Positions 10,389 to 20,160 of a DNA stretch of 64,000 bases are shown here, piece by piece (positions within the stretch are counted from its first letter, which is position 1; each line of letters starts with the position of its first letter). Source of the DNA: Spirochaetaceae bacterium. Lineage in GTDB: Bacteria > Spirochaetota > Spirochaetia > Treponematales > Treponemataceae. Made by a program: the position numbers and the translations under genes. The notes beneath the pieces are model-generated. The model was not told where the DNA came from. It ran no database searches and saw only the letters and a list, made by a program, of their open reading frames with translations. Location: positions 4,315 to 68,314 of the forward strand of contig JAGBFT010000032.1 of NCBI GenBank assembly GCA_017936345.1, written 5' to 3'.

Positions 10389-11141
10389 TCAGCAGGTGAG
10401 CTTCAAAAAGGCATCCTCAAAGTTCCTTGCGCCAGTGGAAGTGACAATCTCCTGGGCCGAACCAGAAGCAACCAAACGACCTCCGCTGATGATATGCACT
10501 ATCTGGCACAGGGCCTCCACCTCCTGCATTAGGTGGGTGGAAAGCAAAATTGTCCTTTCACGACCAAGCCGTTTTATCATGTCCCGCATTTGCCGGATTT
10601 GGGCGGGATCCAAGCCAGAAACAGGCTCATCCAGCACCAACACCGGAGGATTGTGCAACAGGGCCTGGGCAAAGGAGAGGCGCTGACGGTAGCCCTTGGA
10701 TAGTTGCCCAATGGAACGATGAAACACCGCCTTCAAGTCACATTCCTCCACCACTCGCTCCACCGCCTGCCCCACAGTCTCATCGGTAAAGCTTTTGGAC
10801 GCAAACCGCAATTTACCAGCATAGTTCAAAAAATCCCCGGCGGTAAAGCTTGCTATCAGGGCAGGCTGCTCACTCACGTACCCCACCATTCCCCTCACCT
10901 CTACAGGAAAGGATTCTACATCCTTGCCCATGACTCGTACTGCACCAGAAGAAGGATAGTGAAGTCCGCAGATTGCCTTTAAAATGGTGGTTTTACCCGC
11001 ACCATTGGGTCCAAGCAAGCCCGTAACAAGACCGGGACGGGCGGTAAAGCTTACAGAATCCACCGCTAGAAATCCCTTGGAATGCTTGTCTTTAAGTTTA
11101 TTTGAGCTGTAAATCTTTGTAAAAGAATCAACTTCTACCAC
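10389..11141 (-). CDS. ABC transporter ATP-binding protein (GldA-like)
   Basis: GPNGAGKTT, LSKGYRQR, LVLDEP, STH. Confidence 0.92.
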   Translation of the reverse strand: MVEVDSFTKIYSSNKLKDKHSKGFLAVDSVSFTARPGLVTGLLGPNGAGKTTILKAICGLHYPSSGAVRVMGKDVESFPVEVRGMVGYVSEQPALIASFTAGDFLNYAGKLRFASKSFTDETVGQAVERVVEECDLKAVFHRSIGQLSKGYRQRLSFAQALLHNPPVLVLDEPVSGLDPAQIRQMRDMIKRLGRERTILLSTHLMQEVEALCQIVHIISGGRLVASGSAQEIVTSTGARNFEDAFLKLTC

Positions 11142-11168
11142 GAAAGGGCCTCTAAGAAAATACTCGTC

Positions 11169-12095
11169 TTAATCAACATAGGGTATGTCAAATACCATTC
11201 TATCTTTAGTAAGGACTGTACTGGGGAAAACATTTTTGGCCTCTTGAAGTAACAAGTCCAATTCCTTGTCTGTATACCGAGGGCTATAGTGAATTAGCCC
11301 CAGCTGCTTTACACCAGCATCCCTTGCAATAGTTGCAGCCTGTCTGGCTGACATATGTTTTTTTTCCTTAGCCTGCTCTTCCATATCCTGGGAGAACATA
11401 CTTTCACAAATCAGCAAATCGGACCCCTGTACCGCCGGGGCAATGGATGGAGTATACATAGTGTCTGTAACATAGCTAAACTTTCTGCCAGAACGTTTAG
11501 CACCCATTACCTGTTCTGGAGTTACGATGGAGCCGTCACTGGCAGTGACACTTTGTCCACGTTGCAGCCTTGACCATAGGGGTCCCACCGGTACATTCAA
11601 GGCACAGGCTGCCTGCGGATTGAACTCCCCCGGCCTATCCAGTTCCTCCAAGGTATAGCCCACACAGGGCTTGGTATGGTTCAAGGGAAAAGCCCTGATA
11701 TAAAAATCCTTTCCCTCATGAACAACACAAGGAGCTGTTATTTCTTTAACGACAACAGGATAGTTTATGTACATATCCAAAACCTTACGGCTGGTTTCCA
11801 CGTATTCTGCAACCTTTGGGGGACCATAAATATACAGGGGCTCATCCCTATCAACCTGTGAAGAAAGCATCATCAGACCTGGCAAACCAGTAATATGATC
11901 CGCATGAGTATGGCTAATAAAAATTGCGTCTATTTTCTTCCATTTTAGATTTAATCTTCTAAGAGAAACTTGGGTTCCCTCTCCACAATCAAACAAAAAA
12001 AGGTCTCCGTCACGTCTTAATAAAACTGATGTAAGATGACGGTAAGGCAAGGGCATCATCCCCCCACAACCTAAAACAAATGCCTCAAGATTCAT
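11169..12095 (-). CDS. rnz: Ribonuclease Z
   Basis: FDCGEGTQ, SHTHADH, VPVGP exosite, TDT, HYSPRY. Confidence 0.95.
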   Translation of the reverse strand: MNLEAFVLGCGGMMPLPYRHLTSVLLRRDGDLFLFDCGEGTQVSLRRLNLKWKKIDAIFISHTHADHITGLPGLMMLSSQVDRDEPLYIYGPPKVAEYVETSRKVLDMYINYPVVVKEITAPCVVHEGKDFYIRAFPLNHTKPCVGYTLEELDRPGEFNPQAACALNVPVGPLWSRLQRGQSVTASDGSIVTPEQVMGAKRSGRKFSYVTDTMYTPSIAPAVQGSDLLICESMFSQDMEEQAKEKKHMSARQAATIARDAGVKQLGLIHYSPRYTDKELDLLLQEAKNVFPSTVLTKDRMVFDIPYVD

Positions 12096-12306
12096 GGGTC
12101 TACTGTACTGTAAAAAACAATCTCTTACAAGAGAAGGAGATAAACAATAAAATTTTAACTAATGAAAAACCACAATCATGTTCTCTTGTCCCTTACACGT
12201 TTGGTAGTCCTTGAGAAAAAATTAGATTTTGTAATTAAAACAAATATTCACAATGTTGACAATTTCGTTTGACAGTTTGGCTAAATTTATTTATGATATT
12301 GTTATT

Positions 12307-13092
12307 ATGGGTATTGAATTGTTAATTGTTGATCCGCAAAATGATTTTTGTATTCCAACTGGTTCCATGTATATTAAAAACGCAGAACAGGACTGCAAGC
12401 GAATTGCAGATTTTATCCTCAGAAATATAGACGGAATTGATTCCATTCATATCACCATGGATATGCATCCCTATTATCATATTGCTCATCCACTTTTTTG
12501 GAAGGATGCAAATGGAGATGAGCCTGCAGAAAATACCCTGATTACCCATGCTGACTTTGTTTCAGGCAAGTATCGTCCTGCAGATGAATCCCTAAACAGG
12601 AGGGTGGAAGAATACCTGATAAATCTTGAGACTCGAGGTCGCTACGTATTGACAATTTGGCCCCCCCACTGTCTTTTGGCAACAGTAGGAGCCTGTGTCG
12701 AAGAGAATCTGTTGAGTGCCGCCCGCCAGTGGGAGCAACATAAGCCTGGTCGGATTATTGATTTTGTAACAAAGGCAAGCAATCCCATGACGGAGCATTA
12801 CAGTGCGATTCAGGCGGAGGTGCCAGACCCCTCGGATCCAGCCACTCGCATTAACTTCAATCTTATTGACAAATTAAAAAATAAGGATATTTTTATAGCG
12901 GGAGAGGCATTGTCCCATTGCATTTCCCATACAATTAGGGATTTGGGTATATACATCCCGGCTTCACGAATTACCCTGCTGACTGACTGCACTTCCAATG
13001 TGGAAGGCTTTGATGATATTGGCAACCACTTCCTTGTAGAATACAAGAACAAGGGTATGAAGACAGCAATATCAACAGAAGTCACCCTCTAA
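12307..13092 (+). CDS. Nicotinamidase / isochorismatase-family cysteine hydrolase
   Basis: VDPQNDF, DMH, WPPHC, GEALSHC; start at ATG 12307 downstream of TTGACA-17-TATGAT. Confidence 0.85.
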   Translation: MGIELLIVDPQNDFCIPTGSMYIKNAEQDCKRIADFILRNIDGIDSIHITMDMHPYYHIAHPLFWKDANGDEPAENTLITHADFVSGKYRPADESLNRRVEEYLINLETRGRYVLTIWPPHCLLATVGACVEENLLSAARQWEQHKPGRIIDFVTKASNPMTEHYSAIQAEVPDPSDPATRINFNLIDKLKNKDIFIAGEALSHCISHTIRDLGIYIPASRITLLTDCTSNVEGFDDIGNHFLVEYKNKGMKTAISTEVTL

Positions 13093-13098
13093 CTTCTT

Positions 13099-14373
13099 AT
13101 GTCCAAGCTCATCGTAACAGCAGAAAAGCTCGTGTTCGGTGGAGATTGTCTTGCTAGAATCAAAGGAGAATCTTCCGATGGCAAGGTCATTTTTGTATCA
13201 GGACTTATTCCCGGAGAATCAGCTGAGATAGAAATTATCGCTAGCAAAAAGAATTTTCACCGAGGAAAGCTTGTGTCCATACTGGTGCCATCTTCCCACA
13301 GGGTTGCACCACCCTGCTCCTATTACCCTGAATGTGGCGGCTGCAATTTACTCCACGTTTCAAGTGATTTTCAGGTAACATTGCGACAGCAGGTTTTAGA
13401 GGATATTTTTCAACGGGAGGGAATCCCCATTCCTGTTCTCCAAACCCTAGGAGGAGGACCCTTGGGATACCGTTGTAGAATGCAGCTTACCAATGGGGGC
13501 TTACAACAACGAGGTAAGGCACACTCCCCAATTCCCATTACAAATTGCCCCTGCGGTACAGCAGAAATCAACAGATGGCTTCAGCAGGTTCCCTTTGAAC
13601 AACGTCATCAAGGGAGAATTCAGATTTTTGGTGACTCCAGGATTCAAAGCGAAGATAAATTTTTCTGGGCTCCTACCGAAAAAGAAAAAGCTGTTTTACA
13701 GGTTACGGGAAAAACAAGCAGAAAGCTGCAAGACAAGGTTAAACGGCGATTTTCTGGAACAAGCCTGTCTGCGGCCACCACCTGCACCCTACAAATTTCC
13801 CCAAAAAAATACAAGCCAAAGATTCTCAGCTTTGATGTGCGGGGCTTTTTTCAGTCAAATCTCGGTGTACTGGAACAGACCATAGATGTTTTATTGGACT
13901 ACCTCCAGGAAATAAAGTCAAAAAGAGGAAGGCTTTCCCACGCCCTGGATATTTACAGTGGGGCTGGAACCATGTCAGTATTTTTGGCAGATTATTTTGA
14001 CCTTGTAAGCCTTGTGGAACACAATCGCGATGCCTTGGTTTTTGCAGAGCAGAACCTTCTGGGAACAAATCATCAAAGTTTTGGACTAAGTGGTGAACGC
14101 TGGGCAAGGGAATTTGGAACCAAGGTTATGGAAAGCAATTTGCCAGAACTAGCCTTTGTAGACCCGCCACGAAGTGGTATGGAGGGTGCTGTCAGGAACT
14201 TTCTAGCCCAAGGAGCCATTCCCCACATTGCCTACCTTTCTTGTGACCCCGCCACCCAAGCCCGGGATTGCAAGACCTTGGTTCAAGCCGGATATACAAT
14301 TACCAGGGTGTTTTTATTGGACTTCTACCCCAATACAGGTCATTTGGAAACCCTGGTATTTTTGGAAAAATAA
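13099..14373 (+). CDS. TRAM-domain RNA m5U methyltransferase (RlmD/TrmA family)
   Basis: CxxxxxCGGC, FFQSN, DIYSGAG, DPPRSG, SCDPAT, HLE. Confidence 0.9.
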   Translation: MSKLIVTAEKLVFGGDCLARIKGESSDGKVIFVSGLIPGESAEIEIIASKKNFHRGKLVSILVPSSHRVAPPCSYYPECGGCNLLHVSSDFQVTLRQQVLEDIFQREGIPIPVLQTLGGGPLGYRCRMQLTNGGLQQRGKAHSPIPITNCPCGTAEINRWLQQVPFEQRHQGRIQIFGDSRIQSEDKFFWAPTEKEKAVLQVTGKTSRKLQDKVKRRFSGTSLSAATTCTLQISPKKYKPKILSFDVRGFFQSNLGVLEQTIDVLLDYLQEIKSKRGRLSHALDIYSGAGTMSVFLADYFDLVSLVEHNRDALVFAEQNLLGTNHQSFGLSGERWAREFGTKVMESNLPELAFVDPPRSGMEGAVRNFLAQGAIPHIAYLSCDPATQARDCKTLVQAGYTITRVFLLDFYPNTGHLETLVFLEK

Positions 14374-14444
14374 AGTGAGTCTTTTGTATACATTGCCTAT
14401 TCCTGCTTGTTATGGTATCGTAGACAGTCTGTTGGAGCCTTTAA

Positions 14445-16268
14445 ATGAAGAAAATTTTATCTTGTGTTCTATTGTTTATTATATTTTTTCAAACCACCCC
14501 TGTCTTTTCTCAAAAAAATACTGGCAAAAAGGTCGGCAAACAGTCTGAAACTACAGGGGGAACTACGGAAGAAAATGCCATTGAACCAAATTGGCAGCTC
14601 GTAGTTGGAGGAGCACCAGTAGGAAATCCCTTGATAACAGAATATGGTTTTGCAGTTCCCCTGGAAGGAAGAACCATGGCCGCTGTGTCTGAATCTGGCA
14701 ATCTTATGTGGTTTGCAGGACTTCCTGGAGCACGAATAGCTCCCCACTCCAGTACGGGAACCGGCGACTTTTTGATTACAGTGTCTGGTGGCAACTCTGT
14801 TTCCCTCATAAATCCCAGCGGCCTCACATTGTGGAGCGCCAGGGTTCCAGCAGAAGTCATTACAACTCCGATTCAAGGGCGTGACGGTCGTATTTACGTG
14901 CAATGTCCCCAAGAAGTTGCCTGCCTTGGAATCAATGGGGTGTTAAAATGGTCAACTCCTGCAGGGGAATCAGCTGGAATTCCCCTCATAGAATTGGAGG
15001 ATGGAAGTGTTCTCCACATCCAAAAGAAAACCCTACAAGGCTGCAGTACCGCCCTCCGTTATTCTCCCTTCGGCCTGATTTTAGAAGAAATCACCTTTAG
15101 TGGCAGAGTTGTTTCTGGTGTAGGGACAAAGTACGGAGCCATACTTTTATTTGCCGATGGAAGTGTAGGTTGTGTAACCTCCACAAAAAATGAAATCCAA
15201 GATAGATGGGTTTTACCCGCAGGAACCATCAATGGTTCTGCAGCCACACGAATTTATTTGGATGGTTTTCACTCCATTTGTGCCATGGTGACTCCGTCTA
15301 GCGGACAGACTTCAATTACCTATTTCAACCTGGAGAATGGGGAGATTTCCCTTTCTACTTCAGCACCAGTTGATGCAAATAAAATCGCCTTTGGAACCCT
15401 TGACAAAAATACTCTCGTTCTTTGTGATGCAACAAAGGCTGTGGGCATTTCCTTGGATGGAACGATTTTATGGGAAAGCAATTTGCCGGGAACACTGACG
15501 TGGACACACATTCTATACCTCCCGCAAGGATATTTGGTAATGCTTGAGCAGGGTTCCTGGGTTATATCTGCCTACCGAGTGACCCAACATATTGGTCTGG
15601 ACCCCACCCCAAAAACCCCCAACCGCAGCCTTGCTTTTCCCACCTTTGTGCAAGAATCCTCTCAACGGGCGGGACTGCCTCAAGACACGTCATTTCTTTT
15701 TGGCAGACTCATTTCTCCAGAGTATATGAACGAGATTTACAGTGGATTAGCTGGGGGTGAGTACAATGACAAGGAAGGCCAATGGTTGGCCCTTCTCAAT
15801 CTTGAAATGTCCAGGCTTTTTTCAAGATATACAGTGCAAACGGTAAACCCTTCTGAAGCAAGTTTCTTTGAAGAAAACCTGGAATATTATGAAGAAATTG
15901 TACAATTGATGTCGTCCTTTGAGTCAGGCTGCTTCAACAAGGATTTGGCTCGTATTATCCGTACAGAAAATGACCCCGCAATTCTTTCCATAGCCCTAAA
16001 GGGGGCAGCAAATATCGCCTACGACCCTACCTTTGAATTACTGGAAAGCATTGAAGGCTTGCTAAAAAAATATAATTTGATTTCAAATCCACGAATTACA
16101 ACCCTCATGTGCGACGCCACCTACGAAATCTGTCGTTTTATGGGCAAGCCCGCCCTCTTTACAAAGGGACGCTATATCCTCTCCTATCTTTTGAACCAAA
16201 AACTAGACAGTCAAACCAAGGTGTACGCAACAGCTACAATGAGAAAAATAATTGCATTGGAAATGTAG
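14445..16268 (+). CDS. Exported PQQ-like beta-propeller protein with helical C-terminal domain
   Basis: Signal peptide; repeated G-x-x-x-W blade motifs (GNLMW, GLTLW, GVLKW, GTILW). Confidence 0.7.
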   Translation: MKKILSCVLLFIIFFQTTPVFSQKNTGKKVGKQSETTGGTTEENAIEPNWQLVVGGAPVGNPLITEYGFAVPLEGRTMAAVSESGNLMWFAGLPGARIAPHSSTGTGDFLITVSGGNSVSLINPSGLTLWSARVPAEVITTPIQGRDGRIYVQCPQEVACLGINGVLKWSTPAGESAGIPLIELEDGSVLHIQKKTLQGCSTALRYSPFGLILEEITFSGRVVSGVGTKYGAILLFADGSVGCVTSTKNEIQDRWVLPAGTINGSAATRIYLDGFHSICAMVTPSSGQTSITYFNLENGEISLSTSAPVDANKIAFGTLDKNTLVLCDATKAVGISLDGTILWESNLPGTLTWTHILYLPQGYLVMLEQGSWVISAYRVTQHIGLDPTPKTPNRSLAFPTFVQESSQRAGLPQDTSFLFGRLISPEYMNEIYSGLAGGEYNDKEGQWLALLNLEMSRLFSRYTVQTVNPSEASFFEENLEYYEEIVQLMSSFESGCFNKDLARIIRTENDPAILSIALKGAANIAYDPTFELLESIEGLLKKYNLISNPRITTLMCDATYEICRFMGKPALFTKGRYILSYLLNQKLDSQTKVYATATMRKIIALEM

Positions 16269-16333
16269 CACATATCGGAACTTTGTGATATAATCTTTAG
16301 AAGAAAATTGCTTAGGCATCTAATCATGGAGGA

Positions 16334-17962
16334 ATGATGACTAGAAAAAAACTACTACACTTTTTCTTTGTAACTCTTGCACTCTGCCTTGCTATTGCTC
16401 CGGTCTTTTCACTGGAAGTAGATGAGCCAGAGATCCGAAGTGTTGCCGGAGATACCGTGGAGTTCATCAACTACAATGGCCCCCACTCAGTAATCAACAC
16501 ATTGGAGCAAATTAAGAGTATTGGTACTGGTTTAGGTGTTGTTATTGCCCCTAACCGTGACGTTAGCACTACTGCTGGTGGAAGGAATCGCTACTATGTG
16601 ATTCACGCCGTTGATCCAACAACAGAAGAAAAGCTGGACGCAGACATTTTAATCATCGGCGAGGATGCAACTGTTGACCACATTAGAAACCTGCGTCACA
16701 TCATTGCGTCGTATCTCGTTGCTGCCTATGACTATTCTGAGGCTGATGCTCAGACCCTGGCTGTGTTCGTAACCGTTTATAATGCTGTGTATCGAGGAAA
16801 CATGGAAGTTTTCAACCAGCGTTATAAGAGTGTTGTAACGGATAATTTGACACCAGACAAAGCAGGTCTTTCTGTGAATTATGCAGATTGGCCAGGTAAG
16901 AGCCAGATTGTCATTCCATTGTCTTCCACAGAGGGCGGATTGGGAACTGTTGATACAACCGTCATTTCCGACAAGGAAGTTATTGATTCCATGAGAGAGG
17001 ATGATGACATGGGAATTGATGACCGGAAAGACTTGGTGGACATTAAGGAACGGGAAGCGGATTTAGCCGAAGAAAAGGCTGCCGAGGCTCAGCAAGAGGC
17101 AACTCAAGAAACTGAAAAGCTTAGAGAAGAACAGCAGGAATTGAGGGAAGCCCAGAAGGAAGCAACCGAGGCCAAGCAGGAAGCTCAGCAGGCCCAGGCA
17201 GAAGCCCAGAGAAATCCTGATGATGAACAAGCCCAGCAAAGGGCTGAGGAAGCTCAGCAGAAGGCCGACGAGGCTCAGGAGGCTGTAGACCAGCAGAAAG
17301 AAGTTGTACAAGAGCAACAGCAGGTTGTAGAAGAAAAGCAGCGGGAAGCTGAGGAGCAGCAGGAAATTGCCGACCAGAAGCGGGAGGAGGCTCGTCACGA
17401 CCGTGCTGAGATTGCAAAGGACCAGCAGAAGCTTATTGAGCAGGGATATTCAGATGCAGAGGGTGTATTTGGATTGAAGTATATTGACGACACCTATTCT
17501 GTTCTTGTCAAGCTCAACAAGGAGAACGGTAACTTAATCAAGGAATCACCTGTAACAGTGATTCGCGGTCGAACCGTTGTTCCTGCTGCCGAAAACTTTA
17601 TGGCCATTGCTGGTACCAACACAGGAAATGGTGCAGTAAAGCTGGTATTGCTTGACACTGAGGGTATGGAGATTATAGCCCAAAGCAATGAGGTTGCAGC
17701 AGAGAAGTCTGTTCTTGTAAAAGATGGTTCTGACTACTATGCCGTTATCAAGGATGGTGGAAACTGGCTGATTGGTAAGTATAACAACCAGCTGCAGCTA
17801 TTGCTGAAGTCAAAGATTGCAGTTCATGAAGCTACACCTATCACCCTAACTGATTCTGGTTTGATTGTAACGGATCCCAAGGGTATCGCTCGTTTGTTGT
17901 CTTATGATGACTTGAGCCTTGTTGATACAAGCAATCCCGTACAGGTAATCAACGAAAAATAA
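16334..17962 (+). CDS. P83/100 family spirochaete antigen
   Basis: LEVDEPE..EFINYNGPH, VDHIRNLR, TVYNAVYRG, WPGKSQIVIP; central E/Q coiled coil. Confidence 0.85.
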   Translation: MMTRKKLLHFFFVTLALCLAIAPVFSLEVDEPEIRSVAGDTVEFINYNGPHSVINTLEQIKSIGTGLGVVIAPNRDVSTTAGGRNRYYVIHAVDPTTEEKLDADILIIGEDATVDHIRNLRHIIASYLVAAYDYSEADAQTLAVFVTVYNAVYRGNMEVFNQRYKSVVTDNLTPDKAGLSVNYADWPGKSQIVIPLSSTEGGLGTVDTTVISDKEVIDSMREDDDMGIDDRKDLVDIKEREADLAEEKAAEAQQEATQETEKLREEQQELREAQKEATEAKQEAQQAQAEAQRNPDDEQAQQRAEEAQQKADEAQEAVDQQKEVVQEQQQVVEEKQREAEEQQEIADQKREEARHDRAEIAKDQQKLIEQGYSDAEGVFGLKYIDDTYSVLVKLNKENGNLIKESPVTVIRGRTVVPAAENFMAIAGTNTGNGAVKLVLLDTEGMEIIAQSNEVAAEKSVLVKDGSDYYAVIKDGGNWLIGKYNNQLQLLLKSKIAVHEATPITLTDSGLIVTDPKGIARLLSYDDLSLVDTSNPVQVINEK

Positions 17963-17970
17963 GTTAGGAT

Positions 17971-18010
17971 AAACTTGGCAGGTAACTGTAATTGTTATCT
18001 GCCGAGTTTT
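17971..18010 (+). terminator. Probable intrinsic terminator after the P83/100 gene
   Basis: GGCAGGTAAC-loop-GTTATCTGCC stem followed by GAGTTTT. Confidence 0.55.
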
Positions 18011-18062
18011 GCACAATACCGTTACCCTCAATAACCTTGTGCAACACCATTGAGTTTTTTAT

Positions 18063-18117
18063 AAAGAGCTGTCCTGTAATTGGAGTGGTTATACCTTCTT
18101 GAGGACAGCTTTTTTTT
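18063..18117 (+). terminator. Hairpin plus U8 tract in the leader of the alkD-like gene
   Basis: AGCTGTCCT...AGGACAGCT then TTTTTTT, ending 14 nt before ATG 18132. Confidence 0.6.
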
Positions 18118-18131
18118 GGGCTGAGGTAGGC

Positions 18132-18821
18132 ATGACAGAAATTCAAAGGCATCTATTCAAAATGCAGAGTATGCAATACAAGGATTTTCAGTCAAAACTC
18201 ATACCCACGATTAAAAGGGAAAATATTATTGGGGTTCCTATTCCCCAGATAAGGAATTTAGCAAAACAGCTTGTAAAAGAAAGCCCGCAAGAAGTTTCCA
18301 TTTTTTTGAAAACTTTACCCCACTCCTATTTTGAAGAAAATAATCTTCATGTTTTTATAATTAATCAGATAAAAGATTTCGATTTCTGTTGTAGAAAAGT
18401 GGAAGATTTTCTTCCCTATGTGGATAACTGGGCTACCTGTGATAGTTTACGCCCCTCAATTTTTAGGAAAAATCACCAGAGACTTTTTCCCCATATTCAA
18501 AAATGGCTGGATTCCCCCCACACCTACACTATACGTTTTGGAATTGAGTGTCTTATGACTAATTTTTTAGATTCAAATTTTAGGGGAGAATATCTGAATC
18601 ATGTGGGAAGTATTGCAAGCCAAGAATATTATGTTAGAATGATGCAGGCTTGGTACTTTGCCACGGCCCTAGCAAAACAATATCCTTCTACCCTTGCCTA
18701 TCTTCAAAGAAATACCCTAGACCCCTGGACCTTCAATAAATCCATTCAAAAAGCACTGGAAAGCCGCCGAATTCCTCAAGAAGACAAAATTATACTAAGA
18801 CAAATGAAAAAAAGAATTTAA
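18132..18821 (+). CDS. DNA alkylation repair protein (AlkD-like)
   Basis: IIGVPIPQIR, VDNWATCD, EYYVRMMQAWY, NKSIQKALESRRI. Confidence 0.85.
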   Translation: MTEIQRHLFKMQSMQYKDFQSKLIPTIKRENIIGVPIPQIRNLAKQLVKESPQEVSIFLKTLPHSYFEENNLHVFIINQIKDFDFCCRKVEDFLPYVDNWATCDSLRPSIFRKNHQRLFPHIQKWLDSPHTYTIRFGIECLMTNFLDSNFRGEYLNHVGSIASQEYYVRMMQAWYFATALAKQYPSTLAYLQRNTLDPWTFNKSIQKALESRRIPQEDKIILRQMKKRI

Positions 18822-18856
18822 CAAAACCATCCAGTTTTGACCATGCCTGTTACTTC

Positions 18857-18899
18857 AAGAAAAATCCCGCCACCAGTGAGGGAATCCCAAGGTGGCGGG
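18857..18899 (-). terminator. Terminator copy B closing the orphan cassette array
   Basis: Minus strand CCCGCCACC...GGTGGCGGG-ATTTTTCTT; shares AAGAAAAATCCCGCCACC with 22650-22667. Confidence 0.8.
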
Positions 18900-18928
18900 C
18901 GGGAACAATTACAACTAGGTATGAACAA

Positions 18929-19174
18929 CTATGAAATGTAAACAATATCACCTTCAATTCGATAGGAACTGACAATAGTAGAAACATAGGATGAACCATA
19001 GGAATATGTCCATACCCCTCTATTATTTGTAATTTTACCTCCATAACCACCATTTTCATTTACTAACAAAAAAGAAAAATCATTTGACTTAATCAACTGC
19101 TCAAGTTCTTCACCACAAGCAAACCAACTACTACAACTAAAAAGGAATAACAATATCATTTTTTTTTTCATCAT
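18929..19174 (-). CDS. Putative immunity protein 3 (exported, probably truncated)
   Basis: Signal/lipoprotein-like N-terminus; ATG overlaps (ATGA) the stop of the cassette-2 M23 tail; only 81 aa. Confidence 0.55.
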   Translation of the reverse strand: MMKKKMILLFLFSCSSWFACGEELEQLIKSNDFSFLLVNENGGYGGKITNNRGVWTYSYGSSYVSTIVSSYRIEGDIVYIS

Positions 19175-20155
19175 TGCTTGTCCCGATATGTTTCAAATAA
19201 TTTGCTTGGGTTATAAACCGTTCTCCAACTTCCGTTATACATAGAATCCTTTGAATAATCTAAACCCAAGAGAAGTTTCATTGTAGTATCTGAAAAACTG
19301 ACATTATCCTGTGTATAAACCGAATAATGAAGGTGAGCCCCTGTTGTTTTAGTGCCAGTATTACCAAATCAGTAATGTAAACTCCGTATTCTCCAGAAAT
19401 TCTTACATCATCTGAGACAAAGAAGCTTCCCGCACTCTCATAGAAAGAAGACTTCGCTTGATACAGATTGTTGAACCTGTCCTGGGCAGTGGCGGGAACG
19501 GCATTCACATTTGTTCCAAGATACATACCCTGGCTGCCAGCAATGATGCTGTCCACGGTAGAGTCATAGTACTGGGTAAAAACCTGGGTCGCAATGGTGT
19601 CGCCAGCATTTTCCATCACATGCTTCATGTCCAATGCTCTCTTGTCTGTCTTGTCCCACTGGGCATTACATATTCCGTACTTACCATCAGGATAAGATTT
19701 CCCTATCCCTGAATCTTCTAAAATACTGAATGAAATTACCTTTTCTGCCACAGAAAATTCGTTATACCCCTTTCCGCTGGTTCCGCCAAACAGAATGTTC
19801 AATAGTCCTGATTCTAGTCCGTCTGCACCAATCTGCTTGCCTTCCTTGTTTTTGATGGCCCTGCCATGCTCGTCCGTAAGCCAGCCAGAACCGTCGTTCA
19901 CCAACGTCCCATCATCCATCAGCTTCCAGTAGTCCGCGCTTGCATCATAGTTCCCCGCCACGTAACCGGCGAAGATGGACTCGTCGCCCAAGTACTGGGA
20001 AAGCTTGTAGGCGGTGATGTCCGTGGCAAGATTCTCCGTCATCTGGATTGCCTTGCCGTCATCAAGCATCCGCAGGGCAATCTGGGTGTGGGCGGTGGTG
20101 GCTGCTAGGGTTTCGGCAGCCTGCTGTTCGGCAGTGCCGATGATACCGTCTCGAT
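19171..20155 (-). pseudogene. Orphan toxin C-terminal cassette 2: shared pre-toxin repeat plus M23 peptidase with internal deletion/frameshift
   Basis: Begins 5 bp after the previous gene's stop with RDGIIGTAEQQ...DYWKLMDDG; alternative frame 19171-19368 reads FGNTGTKTTGAHLHYSVY...VYNPSKLFETYRDKQ*. Confidence 0.8.
19909..20155 (-). repeat. Pre-toxin homology repeat, copy 3 (247 bp)
   Basis: Ungapped near-match to 24731-24977. Confidence 0.95.
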
Positions 20156-20160
20156 GGAGA

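Noticed and set aside
17060-17430. Low-complexity E/Q/A repeats and antisense ORFs
   Set aside because: Normal coiled-coil segment of P83/100 proteins; the antisense ORFs are shadows
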